This document shows, piece by piece, positions 1-8,730 of a DNA stretch of 64,000 bases (positions are counted from its first letter, which is position 1; each line of letters opens with the position of its first letter). The notes beneath the pieces are model-generated. The model searched no databases, was not told the DNA's origin, and worked only from the letters and a program-made list of their open reading frames with translations. The stretch lies in the IMG/VR virus record IMGVR_UViG_3300036828_000667, positions 49,839 through 113,838 of that record, one strand, 5' to 3'. The DNA is from a virus. Both the position numbers and the translations under genes were made by a program.

Positions 1-10
1 AAGTGTAAGT

Positions 11-36
11 GGGGCTGGTGACTTACCACCAGCCCC
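11..36. terminator. Stem-loop 3' of pentamer unit U1 (minus-strand reading)
   Basis: GGGGCTGGTG-acttac-CACCAGCCCC perfect 10-bp inverted repeat. Confidence 0.6.
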
Positions 37-70
37 TTTGGACTACGCTGTCTCTTATTCTCAGGGACTA

Positions 71-140
71 AATTGTGCGGTTTGGCCTGCAGCGGAGCGG
101 ATAGGCTAGGTTCGGATAGGCAAGGAAAGGCGTGGTATGA
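71..140 (-). ncRNA. Pentamer-coded guide-like unit U1 (NNN-CC periods)
   Basis: Plus strand reads ggttt ggcct gcagc ggagc ggata ggcta ggttc ggata ggcaa ggaaa ggcgt ggtat. The minus strand ends in the shared ACCGCACAATT handle and has its own promoter at 151-179. Confidence 0.75.
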
Positions 141-150
141 ACAATCACTC

Positions 151-179
151 CCTTAGCCTAGCTCACAAAAGCTGTCAAG
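151..179 (-). promoter_or_regulatory. Sigma70-type promoter driving U1
   Basis: CTTGAC-N17-CTAAGG on the minus strand, about 10 nt before the unit. Confidence 0.6.
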
Positions 180-189
180 GTTCTTTTCG

Positions 190-714
190 ATGTACTTACC
201 ACCTTGGGTGAAGGTCGACATGATTGCACTGAAAAATAGAAAACGGTTATCACAGTTGGTCAGGATGCTAAGTTCTGGCCATCAAGGTGAAGCAATGGCA
301 GCCAGAGACGCTGTTCAAAAAATCTGTTCTTTTAACGATCTAGCAGATTTGATCGAGAGTGGTAGTGATTTTAAAAAAGCAGAATTGCAGTTCGTGTACG
401 ACTCAGGACATGAGGATGGATTCAAAAAAGGTTTTGAAAAAGGGCTTCAAGAAGGAAAACTCGGTAGTAATAGCTCACGTCCTCCTCCCAGTTCTCATAA
501 GAAGGGCGACATTTTCTTCGACATTGGCGATAAACCTGACATAATTAAAGAAAAGATACAATTTTGTCAAAAGCATAAAGATAGACTCAGAAAAGATAGG
601 GAAAAAGAATTCATCGCCAATATAGTTAATTGGACCACGGTTTTAAATAGACCTCTAACTCCAGGTCAAGAGAACTGGCTAAACGATATATACGCCAGAC
701 TAGGGGGTAAATAA
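190..714 (+). CDS. Hypothetical phage protein (GF..G repeat region)
   Basis: 174-aa ORF, first of a tightly packed plus-strand run; true start may be at 220. Confidence 0.65.
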   Translation: MYLPPWVKVDMIALKNRKRLSQLVRMLSSGHQGEAMAARDAVQKICSFNDLADLIESGSDFKKAELQFVYDSGHEDGFKKGFEKGLQEGKLGSNSSRPPPSSHKKGDIFFDIGDKPDIIKEKIQFCQKHKDRLRKDREKEFIANIVNWTTVLNRPLTPGQENWLNDIYARLGGK

Positions 715-715
715 T

Positions 716-901
716 ATGAAAACAATTACTACAAATGACGCACTTGATCTCACTCGTAAAAGAGCCTACGAGCTAATAGAAGAACACACACTTTCAATAC
801 CTTACAGTGAGCTTATACCCACAGAACAACTAGTAAGTCGTGTACTCATGGAACTAGTAGCTAAGTACTTAAAACAGGAACTGGGGAGGACTCCTAAATG
901 A
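716..901 (+). CDS. Hypothetical protein
   Basis: Abuts neighbours, overlapping stop/start with next ORF. Confidence 0.6.
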   Translation: MKTITTNDALDLTRKRAYELIEEHTLSIPYSELIPTEQLVSRVLMELVAKYLKQELGRTPK

Positions 902-1230
902 AGCTAGAGAAAGTCATATCAGAAGCCGTCGAGAACATCCTTACCAATAACTTCGAAATTATTGATAAGCAAATAGTCAGACTTGTAGAGAACGAAGTGA
1001 TGAAGGCCCTAGAACAACTTCTTAAGGATAGGATAAGAACTAAGGTAATAGAGATCATCGAAGAACATAGCCAAAGGATCATTGAGAGGTCCCAAGAAAT
1101 ACTTCTAGTATACGAAGGTGGGGATTCTGATCTCAAAGAGGTAAATAACGTAGCCGAAAAACATCTAGACCAAGTTGAGGCTGATATGAGAAATAAAGTA
1201 CAAAGAAAAAAGGGAACTACAGAGGAGTGA
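898..1230 (+). CDS. Hypothetical helical protein
   Basis: GGAGGA RBS, overlaps upstream ORF. Confidence 0.65.
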   Translation: MKLEKVISEAVENILTNNFEIIDKQIVRLVENEVMKALEQLLKDRIRTKVIEIIEEHSQRIIERSQEILLVYEGGDSDLKEVNNVAEKHLDQVEADMRNKVQRKKGTTEE

Positions 1231-1233
1231 CCC

Positions 1234-1473
1234 ATGCCTATGGGACCTGACGACCATCTGGTTGAAACAATCAAGAACGTCCTCTGGAAAGATGAAGAAT
1301 TACTGGATAGGGCTATTCATAAGATAATAGAAAAGAGAATACATTTCATACTAGAACAGCACATAAACAATGGTTTGTCATCTAGACATATTTCAGAAGT
1401 TCTAGATGAATACATAACTTACCATATCAAAAGAATTCTCAGTTCGACTTTGGAACTGGAGGGAAAGGAGTAG
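1234..1473 (+). CDS. Hypothetical protein
   Basis: GAGGAG RBS, operon packing. Confidence 0.6.
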   Translation: MPMGPDDHLVETIKNVLWKDEELLDRAIHKIIEKRIHFILEQHINNGLSSRHISEVLDEYITYHIKRILSSTLELEGKE

Positions 1474-1559
1474 TGGTTCACGATTTGGTCTTTTTGCCAT
1501 TATTTAAACAGTAGGGAGGTCTAGATGTTGGCCGGCCCCTTTGGTAGAGTAGAGGCGAT

Positions 1560-2033
1560 ATGACTATTTACACTATCTACCATGTTCCTAATATAAAAGT
1601 AGGAGCAACCGATAATTTAAAAACTAGAATGGCTAGATACAAGTCTAGATACAAGGAGGTTGAGATAGAAATACTCTTGAAAATGAGATTCGAACAAGTA
1701 CCAGAATATGCAAGATGGTATATAGTAGGAACTTATGAATGGATATTTGCTGATATGTATGGATACCCTAGAGGTTTTCATTACTATATCAGCAGATATA
1801 GTAATAGAGTAAAACAAAGTCCATATAGCACTTTAGAACAAATTAAGTCTAATTACGGGAAACAACATGCAAATGATTACTTTAATCAAATTACTGTAAC
1901 AAACGAAACACTATGGAAATTCCTATCGTTGCTTTTAAATCAACAAAGTTACATAGAGAGACTTGTCAAAGAGATATTCCCAAATTCTTCTCCTCAATCC
2001 TTTCCTCTGGCACTCTTTCTCTTCACCAGCTAG
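1560..2033 (+). CDS. GIY-YIG-like nuclease-related protein (paralog of 49846-50550)
   Basis: IYHVPNIKVGAT.NLK.R...Y and EW.FAD.YGY.RG.HY match IYHIPGVKVGCT.NLK.R and EW.WAD.LGY.RG.HY in 49846-50550. Confidence 0.5.
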   Translation: MTIYTIYHVPNIKVGATDNLKTRMARYKSRYKEVEIEILLKMRFEQVPEYARWYIVGTYEWIFADMYGYPRGFHYYISRYSNRVKQSPYSTLEQIKSNYGKQHANDYFNQITVTNETLWKFLSLLLNQQSYIERLVKEIFPNSSPQSFPLALFLFTS

Positions 2034-2539
2034 TTAAATCACCAGTTAGTTAAGTCAGTAAAAGACGAGGGGAGTATGAGGGGAGTTTTTCAATAGTTTG
2101 TCAATTCTACTTAGGTATAGGTTTATATCACACTATGTTACAAACTGTAAGAATGGGATATACTTTAGACACGACAAAAAGCCCCATTAGACTATGTCTA
2201 GGGGTTTATGGTCATTTGGGGGTTGTTTTTAGGATGTAAGGAGGTGCTGTTGTGGATAGCCTCTTGGTTTTATCAGGCGCCTGATAAAATTCCCTGGATT
2301 ACCTGCGGTGCACCACCGTAACCCAGTATGGTTAGGAGAATAGCTTCCCCCTGGAATACAGGGGCCTGCTCGTCTATTAAAGATCCACGGGCCAGACCGT
2401 CAGTCGCTGGATTTTTCTCACCGTGGTAGCAGCCATGGCAGTCGCCGTTAGGTCGGCCCCATGGCACCGCTGTAACTCGCGGGTAAACGCATCTTCCATA
2501 TTAGAAAACGAACTGCTAGTCAACATCACTTGGAGATAA

Positions 2540-2602
2540 AATTGTGCGGTATGGGATGCATGGGGCAGGTCCGGCAGGGTAAGCGTCGGGGTGGGGTGGA
2601 CA
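2540..2602 (-). ncRNA. Pentamer-coded guide-like unit U2
   Basis: 11 GG/GC-NNN periods on plus strand; minus strand ends ACCGCACAATT; promoter at 2609-2637. Confidence 0.7.
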
Positions 2603-2608
2603 AAGCTT

Positions 2609-2637
2609 CATTACTATCATTGCAATCCATTGTCAAG
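2609..2637 (-). promoter_or_regulatory. Sigma70-type promoter driving U2
   Basis: CTTGAC-N17-GTAATG on minus strand. Confidence 0.5.
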
Positions 2638-2682
2638 AAGTCTAAAATCAAGCCTCCCGTCCTCCCCTGGCTGGAGCATAGG

Positions 2683-2877
2683 ATGAAAAAAGGCCCATAT
2701 CGCAGAAGAACCCTTGTCAGAAAATACAGGTTTCATCCCTATGAGAATTTTGAGTCAGGTAAGGGATGGAACCTTCCCCATAACAGAAAAAGGGTAAAGA
2801 AACATCATGGTCCAGCACTAAATAAACTAGGTCAATTAAGACGTTTTTGGATTACTGTTACAAGAACATACAGATGA
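2683..2877 (+). CDS. Basic hypothetical protein (MKKGPYRR...)
   Basis: GGAG upstream of ATG 2683; the track ORF start at 2530 runs through U2 and is probably too long. Confidence 0.45.
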   Translation: MKKGPYRRRTLVRKYRFHPYENFESGKGWNLPHNRKRVKKHHGPALNKLGQLRRFWITVTRTYR

Positions 2878-3239
2878 AAGACCTTACCTATCTCGACAAA
2901 TACAGAATGCCTATCCCTGAGGTCTGCCTTGTAGGAAGTGGTACAGTCGACCTAAAGTTCAACGGAGCCTTTGCATTTGCCATAAAAGGTGTTAGTGTTG
3001 TGGTAATAGCAGGACGCGGTAAGGGATGGGATCACGTATCAGTCTCTTGTGAAAACAGAACTCCAACTTGGGAAGAAATGGAAACGGTCAAGAGGATGTT
3101 CTTCAAAGACGATGAAGTAGCCATGCAATTGCATGTAGCTGTTGAGGATCACATCAATATGCACCCTTATTGTCTTCATTTATGGCGCAGTTACAATAAG
3201 CTTAGGCCAATTCCACTTCCACCAAAAGGATTCGTGTAA
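2847..3239 (+). CDS. Conserved phage protein (GWDHVSVS/PTWEEM/HP.CLHLW family)
   Basis: Recognisable widespread phage motif set; likely start ATG 2874. Confidence 0.8.
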   Translation: MDYCYKNIQMKDLTYLDKYRMPIPEVCLVGSGTVDLKFNGAFAFAIKGVSVVVIAGRGKGWDHVSVSCENRTPTWEEMETVKRMFFKDDEVAMQLHVAVEDHINMHPYCLHLWRSYNKLRPIPLPPKGFV

Positions 3240-3493
3240 TGAAACGAGCAGATTTCGTTAGAGCCTACGCAAATCGTTCTGGACTATCAGATAAGTGGGC
3301 AAACATAGGGTTGATAGATAGACATGATGGCTGGGTATTTGTAGCTCTGCCTTGTGTATGTGGTGAAGATGGTTGTCAGGGATGGGCCATGCTCTCAGCT
3401 GAGCAAGTCTTACACCACTTACAATTCAATGCTCCTGATGGGCTACGTGAAGCCTATATGAAATCTGTTGAAGACGAGGAAGCAAAGACATAG
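3239..3493 (+). CDS. Hypothetical protein (C.CG...C.GW)
   Basis: Overlapping stop/start, Cys motif. Confidence 0.65.
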   Translation: MKRADFVRAYANRSGLSDKWANIGLIDRHDGWVFVALPCVCGEDGCQGWAMLSAEQVLHHLQFNAPDGLREAYMKSVEDEEAKT

Positions 3494-3505
3494 GCATGAA
3501 TTGAT

Positions 3506-3775
3506 ATGAAGTATAGGCATTACAAACTACCGCAAAGAGGATATAGACACGACTGGAATGAAGCCAGAAGAATTCACGTATTTCTTCTAAGATGTGAAGG
3601 ATTGTCATATGGAGAAATTGCATTACGTCTTGGTGTAACCAGACAAGCAGCTAGAGAAATGTATCGTAGAGCAGCCCATATGTTAATGTGGGCATGGCGA
3701 CATATACTACAACCTCATACAATGATAGACCCAGAGTGTAGACTAGAGGCAGAGGAACATGAGAGCGACGAATAA
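3506..3775 (+). CDS. HTH DNA-binding protein (sigma region-4-like)
   Basis: EGLSYGEIALRLGVTRQAARE helix-turn-helix. Confidence 0.7.
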   Translation: MKYRHYKLPQRGYRHDWNEARRIHVFLLRCEGLSYGEIALRLGVTRQAAREMYRRAAHMLMWAWRHILQPHTMIDPECRLEAEEHESDE

Positions 3776-3974
3776 CCGTGACTTCCACCCAGTACCGATT
3801 TTAGGTGGAGATCACTGTCCGAAGTGTGGTAACATCATGCAAAGGTACACTCATAACCCAAAGTGGAAGCCTCTCCCTGGCCGTGGCTTCTACAAACACT
3901 GGGATCGGTGCATAGACTGTCGGCGATATTACAATCCAGCTGATGCCTATGTTAAAGGAAGTAAAGATGAGTGA
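3759..3974 (+). CDS. Small zinc-ribbon protein
   Basis: CPKC...CIDC. Confidence 0.6.
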   Translation: MRATNNRDFHPVPILGGDHCPKCGNIMQRYTHNPKWKPLPGRGFYKHWDRCIDCRRYYNPADAYVKGSKDE

Positions 3975-4155
3975 TGATTGTAAAAAGCGTCAACTTGCAA
4001 TGCTCATGATTGATGAAATAGAAAAATCATTGGCACGTGGCACTAAACATTACAACAAGAGTGGGAAGTTGCTAAAGACACCTAAGGCTGTCTTAGAATG
4101 CTTACTTAAAGACGGAAGTGTTGAACTCAAGTATAGGAAAGAGAAGGATGAATAG
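3943..4155 (+). CDS. Hypothetical protein
   Basis: Packed ORF, likely start at MSDD. Confidence 0.55.
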   Translation: MPMLKEVKMSDDCKKRQLAMLMIDEIEKSLARGTKHYNKSGKLLKTPKAVLECLLKDGSVELKYRKEKDE

Positions 4156-4360
4156 TGTAGTCAAATTACTGATAGAAATAGCTGGGGAGGTTGGAAGTGC
4201 TGTTGTGTTTGTAGCTGGTCTAAGAGCCTTAGCACTTTCTGTAGTTACAGAAGTAACCTCAACTTCCCCAGAGGAACGTGGTAAGATAAATAATCTGATA
4301 ATCAAAGCAATGGTGTTTATCGCAATTGCTTTTTCATTTCTCATACATACAAGACTATAG
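4118..4360 (+). CDS. Small membrane protein
   Basis: Two hydrophobic segments. Confidence 0.55.
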   Translation: MLNSSIGKRRMNSVVKLLIEIAGEVGSAVVFVAGLRALALSVVTEVTSTSPEERGKINNLIIKAMVFIAIAFSFLIHTRL

Positions 4361-4368
4361 GAGTCGAA

Positions 4369-4749
4369 ATGAAGCTAGTTGGATGTGTGGTTCTCTTATC
4401 GGTAGTCTTCTCCCCAGTTGCCTATTCTGAATTTGTCCCTGGTAATGTGTTTATTGAAAGCTGTAACAACCCTAGTCCTGAACGTCAGGCAGCTTGTATA
4501 GGTTTTACGGCAGGGGTTACCGATAGCTATCTCAGGTCTGGTCAATTTTGCTTACCACCAAATGTTACTCCAAAAGAGATTTCAGATTTCACGAAGTACT
4601 ACATCAACAAAACTGTTTCAATCCGCAATCAATCAGCCCTCATGATGGTGCTGTATGCATTGAAATCACGGTGGCCGTGTGTTAATAGTGGACCACGGAT
4701 GGTCTTCCAACTACCTCCCCAGTTCCAGTTTCAATTCCGTGGGTTCTAA
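4369..4749 (+). CDS. Rap1a/Tai-like secreted immunity-family protein
   Basis: Signal peptide, GN.F...C...C.G+..GV.D, FC.P, and WPC ending. Confidence 0.7.
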   Translation: MKLVGCVVLLSVVFSPVAYSEFVPGNVFIESCNNPSPERQAACIGFTAGVTDSYLRSGQFCLPPNVTPKEISDFTKYYINKTVSIRNQSALMMVLYALKSRWPCVNSGPRMVFQLPPQFQFQFRGF

Positions 4750-4761
4750 AGGAACAGTACG

Positions 4762-5025
4762 ATGATGACAAAAATCTACCTGATCGACCCGGGGGCATCA
4801 GACGGTTATCCTGGTCTTGTAAAAGAAATTGTCAGAGAGAACATCGAAGCGTTCGATATTGTCGAGTACACGAATTTATATGGAAAACATGGGTATTACG
4901 TGTTTGACGGCATGGTAAAAGATGATATCGTTTACAGACGGGTGATTCGCGTCGCTAGAATTGCAGAAAAGAAGGAACAAAAGAATGGCCAAGGCGGTCA
5001 GACGACCTCCGAAGGGACACCATGA
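4762..5025 (+). CDS. Hypothetical protein
   Basis: Packed ORF with RBS. Confidence 0.55.
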   Translation: MMTKIYLIDPGASDGYPGLVKEIVRENIEAFDIVEYTNLYGKHGYYVFDGMVKDDIVYRRVIRVARIAEKKEQKNGQGGQTTSEGTP

Positions 5026-5224
5026 TGGCAGTGGAATAAAACTTGCTGTCAAATTTACACCGAAGCTTTTTAAAAGAATAAACGAACGGGCAACCAAACA
5101 TAACAAAAACTTTTCAGAAATCGTGAATGAGACTTGTGAATGTGGTCTATTATGCTTGGAAGAATCGGAGCGGGACGAGCCTAATTATAAGACAGTGGTG
5201 AGCCAACATGAAGATCGGGCCTAG
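4961..5224 (+). CDS. Possible ribbon-helix-helix protein
   Basis: LAVKFTPKLFKRINERA...NFSEIV pattern. Confidence 0.45.
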   Translation: MQKRRNKRMAKAVRRPPKGHHDGSGIKLAVKFTPKLFKRINERATKHNKNFSEIVNETCECGLLCLEESERDEPNYKTVVSQHEDRA

Positions 5225-5374
5225 GTTCTAAAGCTTCCTGGACAGCCTAGGTCTGACGGTGGAGGAGTACAGGACTATACCTTAGTGCCCCCAGTACTCC
5301 TCCACTACACTATAAGGAATCCCATAGCAAATGACGAAGGGGGTTCCTAAACTGTAACACTAGGAGTAACTAAC

Positions 5375-5965
5375 ATGATGAAGCAAACCTCGTTGGCAAG
5401 GCATATAACCGTAGAGATTCCTAGTGAGAACTCAGCTGATGTTGACTTTCTTCATGAGCTAGAAGAAGCTCATGACCACGACAATTTGAAAGACGTAGGT
5501 GCTGGTGTCGAGAAAGCATTCAAGGACAGAGTTGAAAAAGAGTTCTCAGGACAAGACATTACACCAAAGACACGGGCGTCCATCACAGACTTCTGTATAT
5601 ATTTAATGTCGATTGCAAAATTTTACGGTTATGATCTTTTACTAGGTGGGTTTATTACTACTGTTCACGAAGACATGTTTTCTGTACGAACTCAACCTAC
5701 CAAAGGGATTACGGCTCTCATAGAGTCAACGTTCACGTATTTTGACGATGAGGGAAACTATAAACTCACTGCCAATGGTTTCATGAGAAGGGATTGGGCA
5801 ACTGCCCCAGACGATCCAGTCAGCCGACGTAATCAGATCCTGAGAGATAACAACGATATTTTTCCCGGATTGCAATACAGTAATGCCAACACCAATAAGC
5901 TCCATATTCATATAGAAATAACAGGACAGTTCCCGCTATTAATCCTCCCAGTTACCTACCAATAA
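5375..5965 (+). CDS. Hypothetical protein; C-terminal domain duplicated in the next gene
   Basis: AGGAG RBS; FTYF...G...L.A.G.MR.DWAT motif. Confidence 0.7.
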   Translation: MMKQTSLARHITVEIPSENSADVDFLHELEEAHDHDNLKDVGAGVEKAFKDRVEKEFSGQDITPKTRASITDFCIYLMSIAKFYGYDLLLGGFITTVHEDMFSVRTQPTKGITALIESTFTYFDDEGNYKLTANGFMRRDWATAPDDPVSRRNQILRDNNDIFPGLQYSNANTNKLHIHIEITGQFPLLILPVTYQ

Positions 5966-5999
5966 ATTATAGGGGCTGGGAAGATGGGGGGATTATTGT

Positions 6000-6260
6000 A
6001 TGTCCAATGTAATCAACTTACCTATAATGGTAAGAGCGAGATTCTCTTATTTTAATACCAAAGGTATATTTCAATTATCAGCAGACGGTCATATGAGGCA
6101 AGATTGGGCTACTCACTCCAATCTGCCACGGCCTAGACGTACCCAAATCATCCAAGACAATAAAGGAATGCCAGGAATGCCTGGAAGGGCTTCCGCGTAT
6201 TTCATACATATTGTCACACAGGATAAGAAACGAACTCTCGTACTTCCGGAGACACCTTGA
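6000..6260 (+). CDS. Paralog of the C-terminal domain of 5375-5965
   Basis: FSYFNTKGIFQLSADGHMRQDWAT vs FTYFDDEGNYKLTANGFMRRDWAT. Confidence 0.7.
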   Translation: MSNVINLPIMVRARFSYFNTKGIFQLSADGHMRQDWATHSNLPRPRRTQIIQDNKGMPGMPGRASAYFIHIVTQDKKRTLVLPETP

Positions 6261-6320
6261 ACAGGGAGGAAAATCAGAACTCAACATGAACAACAAGCAG
6301 AAAACCGTAATCACCTATAG

Positions 6321-6599
6321 ATGAAATACTCTAAGGATCGGAGACAAACCATGGATCACGCTGAACTTCTTGCTAACCTCAATACAGCACTAGACAACTT
6401 CGTGAACAGTAGTGATGGAACTAAGCAAGAACTGAAAGATGATCTCGAAGACTTTCGAGACGATATAGACGGACGTATCATGGCCCTGGAAGAAGAAATC
6501 GAGGAGGAGCAAGGCGAAGATACAGATGAAGATGAAGGAGATGACGGTGAGGAAGCGCCGATTGTAGAAACGGGAGAAATGGGAGAAGAGCCGAAGTAA
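6321..6599 (+). CDS. Highly acidic small protein
   Basis: D/E-rich; GGAG before ATG 6351. Confidence 0.7.
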   Translation: MKYSKDRRQTMDHAELLANLNTALDNFVNSSDGTKQELKDDLEDFRDDIDGRIMALEEEIEEEQGEDTDEDEGDDGEEAPIVETGEMGEEPK

Positions 6600-6607
6600 T
6601 AGAGATT

Positions 6608-6645
6608 AAGTCATCCTCTGTTTTTGAAATGACAGAGGATGACTT
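6608..6645. terminator. Stem-loop between a convergent gene and unit U3
   Basis: AAGTCATCCTCTGT...ACAGAGGATGACTT 14-bp inverted repeat. Confidence 0.7.
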
Positions 6646-6704
6646 GTGCGGTTTGGTTAGGAATGCAGTGGCTCGGCAGGGTTCGCTTCGGTTTGGTATG
6701 GTTC
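6644..6704 (-). ncRNA. Pentamer-coded guide-like unit U3
   Basis: 11 GG/GC-NNN periods on plus strand, ACCGCACAA handle, 3' hairpin, promoter at 6716-6744. Confidence 0.75.
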
Positions 6705-6715
6705 GAACATGCGGG

Positions 6716-6744
6716 ACGTAGCAGAACTTGACCGTCTTGTCAAA
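6716..6744 (-). promoter_or_regulatory. Sigma70-type promoter driving U3
   Basis: TTTGAC-N17-CTACGT on minus strand. Confidence 0.65.
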
Positions 6745-6754
6745 TGGGTGCAAA

Positions 6755-7345
6755 ATGTCCAAGAAGTTCTCAATATCAGTGGACCATAATGCATTAAGGC
6801 AATTTCCGTTTCTGGATCGACTCCAGAAACAACAATTCCCCATTTCAACCCTCAATGAAGTTATGTACGTTCTTGAAAATAGACCTGAAGGATTCAAAAT
6901 CGAGTTGGTTTATAGTGTATTGAAAGTGTCGTTAATTAACGTCAATAGAGACACCAATGACGACTACTTGGGATTGCCGAAGATTGAAGGTCAGTTGAAA
7001 GACCTGTGTGATGTGATCAGAGAGACCACGTCATATGGAACACGTGGGGGAGTCGACCCAAGGACACAAATATATTATAGTAGGAAGTCGTCTATTCTAC
7101 AGGGTAGTAACCTTAGTGATGATGCTCTGATAGCTCCTAATTATGTTTCTAATAGAGGTTTGAGAAAACGCCATCCTCTTGATCTTGTGTCCACAGAAGA
7201 GGTCGTTAAAAGAAGGGAACTTGCTAACCGACACTGGCAAGAACAGAAAAAAGAGCAACGAAGAAAACAACAGTCCAGTATCAACTCAAAAATCCGGAAT
7301 GCTCAGGACTTTTTGACAAGAAGCAATTTTGACAAGAAGCAATAA
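6755..7345 (+). CDS. Hypothetical protein; matched by unit U4
   Basis: Track ORF 6728-7345 with in-frame ATG at 6755. Confidence 0.7.
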   Translation: MSKKFSISVDHNALRQFPFLDRLQKQQFPISTLNEVMYVLENRPEGFKIELVYSVLKVSLINVNRDTNDDYLGLPKIEGQLKDLCDVIRETTSYGTRGGVDPRTQIYYSRKSSILQGSNLSDDALIAPNYVSNRGLRKRHPLDLVSTEEVVKRRELANRHWQEQKKEQRRKQQSSINSKIRNAQDFLTRSNFDKKQ

Positions 7346-7356
7346 TAATGTTAACC
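7328..7356 (+). promoter_or_regulatory. Sigma70-type promoter driving U4
   Basis: TTTGAC-N17-TTAACC(T). Confidence 0.55.
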
Positions 7357-7362
7357 TTCTTC

Positions 7363-7426
7363 GGCGAACCGGTCCAATCCGAACCGACCCTATCCCTACC
7401 GGACCCTTGCACAGCATACCGCACAT
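7363..7426 (+). ncRNA. Pentamer-coded guide-like unit U4
   Basis: 12 periods; decodes to EGNEDYLGL vs DTNDDYLGL in the upstream gene. Confidence 0.8.
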
Positions 7427-7429
7427 CTA

Positions 7430-7460
7430 CCCCTCAGGCTGTATTACACAGCCTGAGGGG
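7430..7460 (+). terminator. Intrinsic terminator after U4
   Basis: CCCCTCAGGCTGT...ACAGCCTGAGGGG followed by TTATTATT. Confidence 0.7.
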
Positions 7461-7483
7461 TTATTATTATTAGGAGGTTAGAG

Positions 7484-8080
7484 ATGGTGACCAAAGAAAT
7501 GGTAGATGAGTTCTGTAAGCATCTGATTGATGAAGGAAAGATCGTAGAAGCTGGGTGGCTAGGCTTTAAAATCATGGTGCTTGAACCTGTTGATCTCTCG
7601 GAGAATCAAGTCGAAGATATGAAAATGGCATTCTTTGGTGGTGCTTATCATCTGTTCACGTCGATGACAAGGATGTTAGACCCTGGCAAAGAGCCGTCAG
7701 ACAATGACATAAAGCGTATAGATCAAATCAATACAGAGCTTGAAGCATTCGTAGGAGTGTTTGAAGAAGAGCTAAGGAAACGTCAACAGAAACCACCTAT
7801 ATCAGAAGATCCAGCACCAACTCTAGGTGATGCGCCTATCGAACAAGAGTATCGTAGTAAAATGCAAGCTGTTGCCATGACCTTAGATAAATTCTTCAAT
7901 GGCGAGCTTGAAGGAAACGACAGACACACCGGATTTGTCCTACTAGTATTCCCCTTTGAAGAAAGGGAAGGACGGTGTAACTTCATTTCAAATGGTGCTG
8001 ATCGAGAGGATGTAGTCACACTTTTCAAAGAAATGATCCAAAAATTTTCTGGCCAACCAGATATAGTTGGACATGCTTAA
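7484..8080 (+). CDS. Two-domain hypothetical phage protein
   Basis: AGGAGG RBS; C-terminal half paralogous to 16148-16408. Confidence 0.8.
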   Translation: MVTKEMVDEFCKHLIDEGKIVEAGWLGFKIMVLEPVDLSENQVEDMKMAFFGGAYHLFTSMTRMLDPGKEPSDNDIKRIDQINTELEAFVGVFEEELRKRQQKPPISEDPAPTLGDAPIEQEYRSKMQAVAMTLDKFFNGELEGNDRHTGFVLLVFPFEEREGRCNFISNGADREDVVTLFKEMIQKFSGQPDIVGHA

Positions 8081-8091
8081 GGAGGTTAACA

Positions 8092-8730
8092 ATGACCAAA
8101 AAGGGACCGCCTAACGTTTTTTGTCTACTATGCAATGAAGGATTTGGAAACAATGTTCATCTAGGTCGTCACGTACTGCAAATGCATGGAATTAACTTTG
8201 CCGATTATGATTGGTACAAAGTACAGAATAACATCGAACCACCTTGCTGTGCCAATTGTCAAGGTCCAGCAAAGATACACTCAGGTCGATATATAAAATT
8301 TTGCAGCACTGAGTGTAGTAGCGCCGGCCATATGATTTCTGACGAAGCTAGAGAAAGAGTTGCGAAGAGTGCGAAGCTAGTAGGTCTAGCAAATCGTACA
8401 CATGGCGAAAGTAGTAAAGATAATCTGACACCTGAATATAGAGCGTATCACAGTATGCTCTCACGATGCTTGAACTCAGCTGACGCACGCTATCCTAATT
8501 ATGGCGGGAGAGGCATCAAAATCTGTGACCGTTGGCTTGGTGAAAATGGCTTCCGCCATTTTCTTGAAGATATGGGACGTAGACCGTCTAGCGACTTATC
8601 TCTTGATCGCTATCCCAACAATAATGGAAATTATGAGCCAAACAACTGCCGTTGGGCAACACGTAGCCAGCAACAGCGTAATAAGAGTCGTGTAAAATCA
8701 CTAGACAATCCTCCCGATATACTACCATGA
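8092..8730 (+). CDS. HNH-type homing endonuclease with N-terminal Zn fingers
   Basis: C2H2 finger, YGGRGIKICDRW, SLDR..NN.GNYEP.NCRWAT..QQ.RN. Confidence 0.85.
   Translation: MTKKGPPNVFCLLCNEGFGNNVHLGRHVLQMHGINFADYDWYKVQNNIEPPCCANCQGPAKIHSGRYIKFCSTECSSAGHMISDEARERVAKSAKLVGLANRTHGESSKDNLTPEYRAYHSMLSRCLNSADARYPNYGGRGIKICDRWLGENGFRHFLEDMGRRPSSDLSLDRYPNNNGNYEPNNCRWATRSQQQRNKSRVKSLDNPPDILP

Noticed and set aside
71-140. U1 matching YKKVM in the DNA polymerase
   Set aside because: Only a short run, and full decoding gives YKNV
6429-6704. U3 matching ELKDDLE in gene 6321-6599
   Set aside because: With the third base included, U3 reads EIKEELETI-stop; the similarity is low-complexity acidic and probably chance
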